A stretch of 63,276 nucleotides of DNA, filler included, from Hausera hauseri (taxonomy: Eukaryota), in the NCBI GenBank assembly GCA_046269625.1. It is 9 parts of 9 records of this genome, joined end to end, with 100 filler letters (N's around TTAATTAATTAA, not from the genome) between each part and the next. Parts side by side here need not be neighbours in the genome. Positions count along the whole stretch, not along the records: positions 23,832 to 30,357 come from JBJURY010091099.1; positions 30,458 to 37,745 come from JBJURY010024341.1; 7 more parts are not named here. The stretch is one strand, 5' to 3'. The notes beneath the pieces were generated by a model, which was not told the origin of the DNA, made no database searches, and saw nothing but the letters and a program-made list of their open reading frames with translations. Both the position numbers and the translations under genes were made by a program. Shown here one piece after another: positions 27,701 to 37,845 of this stretch. Position 1 is the stretch's first letter. Each line of letters opens with the position of its first letter.

Positions 27701-28824
27701 TGTTGCCTCGGAATTCGACCTTCTTCTGTACCGTTTACTTTACACACCCTGGCAAAATGTCCGGTTTTTCCACATTTATAACAACTTCCGCTATTTCCCG
27801 CTCTTGGTCTGTCACTGTTCGGTTTTGCTATTCTGCTTCGGCATTCCTTTGCAAAATGTCCAAATTTTCCGCAACTAAAACACTTCATTTCCTTTCCCAC
27901 TTCTTGGATGAACTTCCGGTTATCGTACCGCTTTTCTCTTTGGTGTTCATGTACGTGCTGTCTCCTGTGCCACTTAGGTCTGCATTGGTCGATGTCCATT
28001 TGCTCTTCGTTACGATCATCATGTCTTTCCCTTCCTAATCTCATATTAATTCTTTTGTTGAAATTCTCTTCTTCAACTGCTGTTTGTATTGCGTTCTGGA
28101 TCGTTCTCGGTTCATCTTTCATTAACTTGATCTTTATTCTCGTATTCTTTAGACCATCTATAAAAATGGGAATCAGTAACTTTCCAATCTCTTCGGACAT
28201 AATGTTTTGCCCAGAGTATGCTTCTTCAGCCATGTTGAGCATTCTGTCCCCGTACAGCTGAACTGCTTCGTCTCGTTCTTGTCTGATTTTTCTTAATGCA
28301 GCCACTGCATAGTGTGAATCGCTCACCTCGGCATATCTGTTCGCAAGTGTCTTCTTAAAATCTTCCCAATTTTCCTCGGGGTATGCTGTAAATCTTCGTC
28401 GGATGAAGTCGTTGGCCAAGCCATCTTAAGTCATATAAGCTAATTCTTTTTTCTCATCCTCTGTGGCCTTGACTAAATATGCGTATTTCTCAATTTGAGA
28501 CAGCCATGTCTTGAATGTTTTGGCTTCTCTTCCACTGAACGGCTGAACAAAAGTCCTGATGTTTTGGTGACGATTGTTCATGTCCACTTTTGTGACCATG
28601 GTTTCTATTTTGTCCAATGCCTTTCTGACGGGATCGTCCTTACCCAAACCTGACTTTCCTGGATATGGTTTCCCTTCTTTACTAGGGGTTTGACTTCCCA
28701 ACTGCATCTTTTCTAGTAACTTTTTAGTTTCTTCGTACGCCACCCTCATTGCATTGTACTCTGTCATCATTGCATCCAACTGTTGCTGGGGGATGGCTAC
28801 AATTCTTTCCCCTGCTTCAGCCAT
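27673..28824 (-). CDS. gag: Ty3/Gypsy gag with two CCHC zinc knuckles (one premature stop at 28426-28428)
   Basis: PFSG..FKTWL capsid motif, MDID, CFSCGKFGHFAKEC and CYKCGKTGHFARVC; both ORF pieces are in the same frame. Confidence 0.92.
27694..27700 (-). promoter_or_regulatory. Putative -1 ribosomal frameshift site G_GGA_AAC (gag to pol)
   Basis: XXXYYYZ heptamer correctly phased in gag a few codons before its stop. The -1 frame is open into ORF 27122-27562. Confidence 0.7.
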
Positions 28825-31039
28825 ATTCTCTTTACTAATACACTCCCTTAACTCAGCTATAAAGTTATCGTAATCAATGTTTTCTTTATAAATGTGTGAT
28901 ACACCAATGTGTGATACACCTGTACCCTTTCTATATCAGTTTATCGTGAAATCTTATCGTGAAATCACAAGGGTACCTTGACTGATGATGATCAACCAAT
29001 CTAATTACTACTTTGACTGATGATGATCAATCAATTGCAAAAACACTATGGCTCACACGTCAAACAAACACTCAACGGACCTCCGTTAACACCAATTCGG
29101 AAGTTGATTTCACTAAAGACTGGTGAAAGCAGTGGCGGGGCCGATCGTAAGACGCCGCAACGTACACTCCACTGCCGTCACAACAAATAAACAGATCTCA
29201 GTGTGTAAGGCTGAGATTATAACCACAAGACGATGGAAGCAAGTAGCGGGGCACAATTGACCTTACGGACCGGCTCAAACCGACTGTACCTTGCCGCCAA
29301 CAAACATATATGCACACCAACACCAGACGTGAGCCAAACCTCTAGATCAATTTCTACAACTACTAACTTCAAAAGGGACATTTTCCTATTATTAATATCC
29401 TTTGCACTGTTAGAATACAGTTAGGATTACGTTGTTAATTGTTAGCAGAATAAGCTCTTCAATAAGCTCTACCTTTATTTCAAATATATTATCGTTGAAG
29501 ATACTAAACACCCCGATGCATTTTAAGCATTCTAACGCCTCTTTAGACTGTCTCCGGGCTCCCAATCGGGGGTACGCCTTTAGGAACGTGCACAGTAACA
29601 ATTATATTGAAACAAATTACGATTAGTAGAGTCCTCATTTTATTCTTCAATGTCTACGTTTTGATTGGTTTGTCCAGTAGAATGATCATCTCCATCAACG
29701 AAAAAGTAGTTAAATACAAATAGTCAGAGAGACGTGCGAAATATAATGCTGACTAATAAAATGAAAAAATGTTTTCGAACAAATCCAAAATAATGTATTT
29801 GGATCCTTTGGATGCACTTGTTCAAATTCCCTCACTGTGTTTAGGAATTTTGAACTTTCCAAATTTTCATTACTTTTCTCGAACTAATATTCTTTTAATA
29901 TTCGGTTTATTGTGTTTTCTTGATGCCTGCCGAAACAAAATGTATTCATTGAATATAGTCTGTGGGCAGTCATGTACATAGCCAAAATTTATGCACGATG
30001 GAATATGCTATTGTGAATTAAACCAATACATTTTAGGTTAACAGAACATCAAGAAAAAAGTCGAATATTGAAAAAATATTAGCTCGAGGAAAGGAACGAA
30101 AATTTTGTCAAAGTTCAAAGTTTCTAAACGCGGTGGGGAGATTTGAACATGTGCGAAATTGTGCAACATTTAAAATCTCTAATTTCGTTATTTTGGTTTT
30201 GTTGGTATTAGTCCCTTCACGAGTTGTTAAATTTAAATTCATAATTTTGAAACACCGATAAACTTTGAAGAACCAAAATTTTTTATTTAATTATTTTATA
30301 ACATAAATTATGGTTATCAGAACAACTTAATGAAGATATTATGTAATTATTGTGTAGNNNNNNNNNNNNNNNNNNNNNNNNNNNNNNNNNNNNNNNNNNN
30401 NTTAATTAATTAANNNNNNNNNNNNNNNNNNNNNNNNNNNNNNNNNNNNNNNNNNNNTCCCCCGTGGTCGAAAAGGAGGTCGAACAATGGATTTTCGACA
30501 AAGTGATATCGATAGCGCGTGACAAGGTGAGCAAAAGCTATTATAGGTAAGGTACTCACAAATGTAATGGCGAGGCAGTAGAAGAGGAAGAAGCAAAACA
30601 GGAAATGTGCAACGCATAATGCGAAGCATGTTGATAGCACTCAGAAAATGTGTACAAGGAGTATGTCAATTTTGGCCAATCCAATGGACACGATTGCACC
30701 CTTGTCTAACCATGGGAACACGGGGAAAACCGATGGGAAAATTTCAAATGAGAAAAATTTCCCCTTGCACAAGTCAGACGGTGGTGAGAATGGGTTGAGC
30801 ACGTAGCCCATCATTAGTAGAGCATTTTATAGCCGCCTCACAATCAGATGATTGTAAGTTGGAGAAAATCTTTGTTGAAAATCATCATCATTATTATTAT
30901 TATTATAAAAAATCACGTTTGAAGGGTTTTTCCGCTTACAAAACCAACGAAAACCGATAATCGGTTATCGTAACGGAATTTCATTACACACAAACCAAAA
31001 GCATCAGTAACAAAATAATATATTTCACAAAACGTTTTT

Positions 31040-31417
31040 TCACAAAATTGATTGTAATGTAAGCCACAATAAGCAGTAATGTCCACATATTATAGTCATT
31101 GAATGTTGATAATGAAGTCTATTATATTCAACGCGGTATGATAATAATGATTGTCTTTCAATTGGAGAAACTAACGATGGCGGATAGTAAAATCCGAGTG
31201 GATCGAATACTTTGACGACGGTCGGATGGACATACACAGCAATGCAATGTTCGCCAAGTAACGATGAAATGTATGTATTAACAATGAAGTCGCCAGTTTG
31301 TCGTAAATCCCGCGGCAAACAGTCCAGTGGAAACACGCCACGAAATTTTGCGTCCAAGAGCAGTTTTTCGTAGTGACGGAGCTCACTGGGGCTAAATGTA
31401 AAATGTGATTTAAGCAT
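31040..31417 (-). CDS. Polinton adenain-like cysteine protease (degenerate)
   Basis: FRGVFPLD.LP, FIVNT, GEHC(W)IA, FDPLG, ICGHYCL. Confidence 0.85.
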   Translation of the reverse strand: MLKSHFTFSPSELRHYEKLLLDAKFRGVFPLDCLPRDLRQTGDFIVNTYISSLLGEHCIAVYVHPTVVKVFDPLGFYYPPSLVSPIERQSLLSYRVEYNRLHYQHSMTIICGHYCLLWLTLQSIL

Positions 31418-31479
31418 AATAGTAATCCAAATAAATTACTTCATACTACGACAAAGAAGAAGGCAAGACACAGCGGATA

Positions 31480-33199
31480 TTATTTATAAAAAGACGGTTC
31501 CGTTTTTCATTATTTCAACCTCGGCATCAAATACACCGTAAATGTACATCACGGTAGACTGCTCCAACGCTTTATCACAGTGAACCCCTAATCTCAGGTT
31601 TCCCTGCTGAGGTAGTTGAGTCTGTTCAACTTCANNNNNNNNNNTCATAGTACAACGACGAAGAAGAAGAACAAGAGGTGCGGATTTAATTTATTTGCAC
31701 AATGACGGTTCTGTTTTTCGTAATTTCAAGCCCGTCATCAAATAAACCGAAAATGGACATCACGGTAGACTGCTCCAATGCTTTTGCAAAGTGAACCTCC
31801 AGTCTCAGGTTTCCCTTATACAGGAGTAAATAAAACCAAAGACTAAATCAATGCACTGTCGTACATAATGTACATAAGTAGTCCAGAAAGCCTTTATAAA
31901 TAGACATATACCATTAAAGATTGGTAAAGTTGGTATTGTATTTTAATATTCTGATACTTCAGAACAATCGACCCTCTCTCGGTCTGTGTGTCTGAGCATT
32001 ATTGATTATCAGCTGTTTTATGTAACTTTACCCATGGCCACTTTTGTTTTGCTGTTGTTGTTATTGTCAGTTAAATTAGCTAGTTAAATTAGGTAGTTGA
32101 GTCTGTTCAATATCATAATATGGAGCCAGGACAAAGATAAAGAATGGATAGGTGGACTTCGACAAATCCATCGATATGCCATTGTTGACATTTTTGTTCA
32201 GCAAAACTATGTTGCGCACGATAGATTGCATATATATGCAAACATAATCATTAGACTCAAAGTCTTGTTTGTACGTCTCAAAGAAATCCGCATTCTTGCT
32301 CAAATTGATGTAATTCACATTGCTATTGGTGAACGTTTCCGAATCGGTGGTATAACTGCCCGTTTGTTGAGCAATCGTTTGAAATGTAACAAGCACAAAT
32401 TTGGGAAATCGTATGTCACCAACAGCGCATTTTTGTAAAATGTAGTTGAACTTTTGGGTATGATGTAAAACACGAGTTCTGTGCGTTGTAATATGTAACA
32501 GGTATTTTGTGTTTCTAAGCCCAAACGATGCCCCATGAGTACATGTGGTTCTACCTTTACACGACGTACGTATAATAGTGCCTCGGTAATTTTCAGTATG
32601 GGTTTAAAATTTGCAACTGCACTTTTCAAACAAAAGACACTGTCGCTGTGTTTGAGCCGAATCATGGCTTTAACACCAGGCAATAGGTATTTCAGCTGAT
32701 CGTAAAAGTCAAAGTACAGAGGTCCACACATTGTAAGCTCTTTTGATTCCGCCACCCATGTCTGACGGTTTGCTGCAGTGGCGTTGTATCCGATGGTTTT
32801 TGTCAAATGAGTCGTTTTCGTGTCTGCACTGTAATTGAGGGCCGTTTCAATGATAACTTTGATACTGTATAGACTGGTGTTTCCTTCAATTTTGACGCTG
32901 TTTAGAGTCAGTGAAGCTTCCTGGAATAGTGTGAGGAAAAGGTAATTGGCCGCTGTGACAGTATGTTTTAAAGCGAGAACCGCTGATGCATTCTTTTTAA
33001 CAATGACTTTTACATACAGTAGAGTGTCATTCAATAAAAGATATTCATTTTCCGATGCCATAATGTTGAACTGAATGACAATGTTATCGTCTGTTGAAAC
33101 AGAATCAACGGGATAGATTTCTTCAAATGCTGCAATGTCAATAACAACTTGTGGTGCGGCTTTGTCAAGTATATACATTTCAGATTTTGCAGATGCCAT
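31480..33199 (-). pseudogene. Polinton major capsid protein, frameshifted, with duplicated C-terminus
   Basis: IYPVDS..IQFNI..EYLLLNDTLLYVKV, KYLLPGV..IRL, EALLYVRRVK. The C-terminal GNLRL.VH..KALEQSTVM segment occurs twice (~31480-31634 and ~31690-31820). Confidence 0.8.
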
Positions 33200-33204
33200 T
33201 TGTC

Positions 33205-33563
33205 TGTCAATCGAAAATCGTACGACGACGACGTTTGTATATAGTTGAAAAGCTAGCTGATCTACCATGCTTTCTCAAGCCACTACCAGCGAATTATTTT
33301 TTTACTGATTCAACGACTCCCCGTGTGGCGCTTTTTATTTCTGACAAGGCGTGTTCCTTCAGTGATGGTAAAATCGATTTATTTTCATATAGTGCAACCT
33401 GTGATGTTTTTGCTGCCACTGTTCCAATACGCCTCAATACTGGAAATGCTAAACGTGCCAGTGTACACAGCCATCCAGAGGCCTACTGCTTACCAACGAA
33501 ATACGGCAGTTTACCACCTTGATGGGGTTTACTGTAAATAGAAACGATTTCAGAATCAGTCAT
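33205..33563 (-). pseudogene. Polinton core/PX-like basic protein
   Basis: My translation: HQGGKLPYFVGKQ*ASGWLCTLARLAFPVLRRIG...GSGLRK...KRRRRTIFD; has QGG/GSG protease-site-like motifs. Confidence 0.6.
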
Positions 33564-34615
33564 GCTTTCGACGAAAATGAAGAGTTCAGTAAGGTAGACT
33601 GGTTGTGGTACCGTACGGAAATTCAATAAGGTAGACCGCGTCACATCGGATATTCACTTCAACATTGTTTATAGTTGTTGTTGCCACAGGTAAGTACATT
33701 GGATTATCAAGCTTGACAGTGATATTATCTCCAGAAGAATACCGGTAACTTTCCGGACAAATTGAATGGAATAGTGGCATACGTACTTTACCCACCAGAA
33801 TCAGTTCAGTGACATTCGTGTAAATGTACATCTGATGTAGTGTGTTTTCAGCTTTGGTTTAAGTTTTGCAACATGTGCCTTCGTATTCACTTCAAACCAA
33901 TGTTATTCAAAACCCAATACCATGGCCAAAGCTTTATCCAACGAAATTTCAACCACATCCTTATTCATTTTGAATGTGACGTAGCTATTTTTATCTGACG
34001 TTAAAGCCTTAAATATGTCTTTGTACCTATTGGACTAAAGTGTCAACAGAAATCTTCTACAGATTCACAATAGACATTATCACCTATTGATACATCTAAT
34101 GTAGACACCATTTGTCCAGTAAGGGCAAATTTTGTAAAATACTGGATTTAGTCTTGGTGCAACTTTGTAATCACCAGAAACAATCGTACCATTTAGCTCT
34201 GTATTTTTGAATCCAAATTTTTGCGCAATTTCATTGGACGCGAAGCTGACAGTAAATTCGCGTTTTGAATCAAACACAACTTTTCCCTGTAAAAGGTAAA
34301 CACGGATTATACCTTCTTGTACGTCATTATTTAGATCTCTCGTGCAAATGGAAGCGTTACCGACAGACAGTATATTATTAGTAAGTGTCAGACGACAAGA
34401 TTGTGGTTTCATTTCAGTAACAGTCTTGTTGTACGTTATTTTTATACTATCTTTCAATGTCACCGGTGCATAGGGAAAGTTAAATTCCATCAGTGCAACC
34501 TCCCATCGGCCGGATAAATTTAACGGATTGTCCCATTCTACAACGTATTGACTTGCCAATTGTTTCGACGAGTAGTCGGACAACTATTACTCGGTAACAC
34601 CATGTAAAGATTCAT
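33558..34615 (-). pseudogene. Polinton minor capsid (penton-like) protein, copy 2
   Basis: MNLYMVLPSNS, PLNLSGRWEVALMEF, MYIYTNV..ILVGKVRMPL, PMYLPV. Confidence 0.8.
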
Positions 34616-34621
34616 GATCTC

Positions 34622-34663
<42 letters not shown>
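34622..34663 (+). repeat. (GAT)n microsatellite
   Basis: About 14 perfect GAT units. Confidence 0.95.
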
Positions 34664-34699
34664 AGTCATGACGCAGTTTGTTTTTTATCGACGACGACG

Positions 34700-35752
34700 A
34701 AAATGTAGCATCAAATGTGTCTTGGCTCCGAACAGAAATTTAATGGGTTTCCAAAATTCGTCTACTATATGCACGGAAATACTGTGCACAACATTTTAAG
34801 ACAACGATAAATACATGGGCCGAATGATATTTACATGAGCAGTTTCGCCTGGTGTTTTGTACGTGTCCGAATTCAGTCCAATAGAAGCCAAAATTTATCT
34901 GCAGTCTCCGCCAACATATACGGGTTCGGTTAGATCCGTTAAAATATTGATTCGATGAAATGCTTCGTAGAAACGTGGTTTGTGTTTAGGAATAATGGAT
35001 CGTCCACTGCCGGTTTGACCGAATTCTCGTTTCTTAAAACCCAGATTCCTTGCCAATAGTTCATGAAAGGTAAAATATGTAACATTATCGTGTAGTGTAA
35101 ACGAAATACTACCATCAGAGTTTAATTCAAATGTCTTGAGAGCCAATTTAGCTACTTCCTTGATGGTTGCACACAATTCCGTTTCCGTTTCCGTAAGAAA
35201 ACCAATTCCTGTTGTATGAGAGTAAAGGAATGATTCAGTCTTTGGCCAGTTCACTGTAATATCGGTGGTTTTCGCAGTAGAAAAGTTCAATTTTTCACTA
35301 ATTATATTATGTCCACCGAGCTGTAGACCTTTCGAGCGCACATTGGTAGATTATTGAAAACCCCATATCTGAGCGTCGGCTAGTGATTTAAATTGCAATT
35401 CAATCGGATGTTTATGTTTTAGCACCAATCGATTGTTTAAATGAAAAATATAGATCGGGAAATATTGCCGCTTGTAATTGCGAACGTGAAATGTAACATT
35501 ATAGTCTCGGACTACCTGCAAACGACTAGATGCAGGAGATTGTCTTAGTAGAGTATCGTATATTCAACTGTTCTCACGTATTGTTATTGGTGAAAATGTA
35601 AACGTGAATTCCGCCAAAGCCACTTCCCAGGCTCCTTGGCGTAAGTCGAGCGGCTAAACCAACGTCATGTTAAACCTTTTGGAGGTATTGTTGTTGTTGT
35701 TGTTGTCATGTTCTGATAATCTGTTACTATCAAGTATCAAATAAATGCTCAT
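34700..35752 (-). pseudogene. Polinton minor capsid (penton-like) protein, copy 1
   Basis: MSIYLILDSN..NTSKRF, PLDLRQGAWEVALAEF, INILTDLTEPVYVGG, RPMYL. The start overlaps the integrase stop (TGATG). Confidence 0.75.
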
Positions 35753-36695
35753 CACTCAATCTGCGATGCAAATATCCAACTCGGTGTAGTGTATCCGTGC
35801 CACTTGACGAGATATTGTTTATTCGAACCTTTGCCGCATGAACGTAGAATTTCATGAATACGATATACATCGGGTTTCTTGGGCAGTACCTGCAGTTCCT
35901 GTTCGTAGAATTTACCGCGTATTTCCTCACCGTTTTCATTCTCTAAAACGTACATGACAGGTGTTTGTTTTGTGTTGATTGCCGAAATACGGAAAACCTC
36001 GTCGCTCTAGTTCTGATTAAAATTCTTAATGAATGGCGTCGTACTTATTTTCGAAATACGTACGTAAGCACCGATTTTATATGTTGGGTGTTTAATTGCC
36101 TGTCGTTGTCGTTGTGTTCGGTTTTGATAAAGCCACATGTCCAAATCATCGATTACGTCAACCGGGCGCATTCTGTTGATTCCACGGTGTTTTGAATGAT
36201 TCTGTGCATGAATAATATCTACCCTGCGTTTGTTGCCTTGCTTCACAAAGAATTTGCTTAGTCAACCACGCAATGTTCGATTAAATCGTTCAACTAGCGC
36301 AGCCTTGTATTGGGAAAACACCGAGTCGTAGTTTACGCCAAACCGTTTCAAGATGGCTGCAACGTGGGCGTTGTAGAATTTCTTACCAAAATCCGTTTGT
36401 AAATGCTTTGGTTGTTGTTGCTGTATCAGTGTCTGATCAGCGTCGGCAATCTCTTTACCTGATTTAGATTTCACAGCAATTGTACGTGCAAAACGACTAA
36501 ACACATCAACACATCAGCACGTACCGATGAACGAGTTAAAAACCGCCGTTTTATCGGTTTGTTTATGTTGTATTCTATCTGTTTCCCGATCCAATGTTGG
36601 GCCTGTTGCCGAGTCTGTTTGACAGTCTTTGCCAGTTTGTCGACGCAACTATACCCGACGGGATGATCTGGATCGAACCACACGTCGCCCATCAT
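35752..36695 (-). pseudogene. Polinton rve integrase with C-terminal chromodomain
   Basis: DPDHPVGY, FSRFA..VKSKSG, LQTDFGKKFYN, KAALVERFNRTL, GKFYEQEL, QYLVKWHGY..SWI. Confidence 0.9.
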
Positions 36696-36834
36696 TGTCG
36701 TATATTATGTCGTTTTTGTTTGCATTGCAGCAATTAGAACAAAACGTTAATGAAAGATTCCGTAAATTGGGACAAAAGGATAAAAGCCATGCACCCATAT
36801 CGCTAAATCATATACTTACAGTCATTGTTTATAC

Positions 36835-37088
36835 TAAACTGTTCCACCAATGAGTCCACCCAGTAATGACGTGACAATCGGTAGAATTGCACCAACGAAT
36901 CCGCCGTCTTGCTGGTACATGAACTCCTGTTTCAGTATATGTGATTGTACCAGGATGAATGAAATATGTCACGGTAACTCTGCAGCAATTTGCAAACAGT
37001 GCGTTTTGCCAGTTCCACTAGGGCCTACAACCTGGAAAAAGGCACTATTCTGCAGCTTCTTGTCGTTGATGATGCATTTCTCACACAT
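36835..37088 (-). pseudogene. Packaging ATPase N-terminal fragment joined to a QxxGGF small virion-protein tail
   Basis: VVGPSGTGKT Walker A, a stop, then QQDGGFVGAILPIVTSLLGGLIG. Confidence 0.65.
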
Positions 37089-37142
37089 TTTATAATCACA
37101 CACACATAAGTAGCTGCACCATGAACACTGTTTCAATCAATC

Positions 37143-37540
37143 ATGACAGCCAATATCAACAACCACAGAAAATGTTACTGAGTGTATTAATATACTGCAG
37201 TTTAATCAATGGAAGCCTAGGCAGTATGTCCACATGCATCATATTTCCGTCGTAAAAGTGTCGTATTATGGGTTGTCACAAACCAATAACAAATGACAGA
37301 CATCTATCATTCGGAATTGTCATTGAACAAATTCAATCAATAACGGTAACGACTCAGTTAGACTACCAAACAATCAATCTGCACAAATTAGCAATGGCTA
37401 CCGAATGTATTTATGAGCCCAAACTGTTTCCTGCACTGCGACTAACACTATTCCTCCCGCTTTGTGTCACTGTGTTTAGCAGTGAAAAAAATTGTCGTAT
37501 TGGGGATTCGGTCAATCAACTATTAGACGATTATTAATCA
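37143..37540 (+). pseudogene. TATA-binding-protein-like gene within the Polinton
   Basis: Two TBP-repeat signatures: TCIIFPS*KCRIMGC and IQSITVTTQL..INLHKLA..YEPKLFPAL..VTVFSS/KIVVLG. Confidence 0.75.
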
Positions 37541-37845
37541 AATTAAACACCACATAAGTGTTTTACTGAATCAAAGTAATATAGTCTGGCCAATGAACTA
37601 TAAATATCATTCTCATATTTCTTCAGACATTACTACGATGGAAAACGATAAAACGATTCTGCTCAATCATACTTGTTACAATGACGAAAGTACAGATTGG
37701 TCATGGCTGTTTGGTGACAAGAATGACAGTGTCCAATATCTGGAANNNNNNNNNNNNNNNNNNNNNNNNNNNNNNNNNNNNNNNNNNNNTTAATTAATTA
37801 ANNNNNNNNNNNNNNNNNNNNNNNNNNNNNNNNNNNNNNNNNNNN

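Larger units (their letters stand above)
30458..37745 (-). mobile_element. Decayed Polinton/Maverick (adintovirus-like) segment
   Basis: Co-oriented ATPase fragment, integrase, two minor capsid genes, core-like protein, major capsid and cysteine protease. No pPolB or TIR on this contig. Confidence 0.9.

Noticed and set aside
29280-29340. PBS and 5' LTR of the 23832-30357 element (TGGCGGCAAGG on the minus strand)
   Set aside because: Not preceded by an LTR-type CA end, no convincing tRNA match, and no similarity to the partial LTR at 57865-58005.
34614-34799. Poly-methionine ORF
   Set aside because: Translation of a (GAT)n microsatellite.
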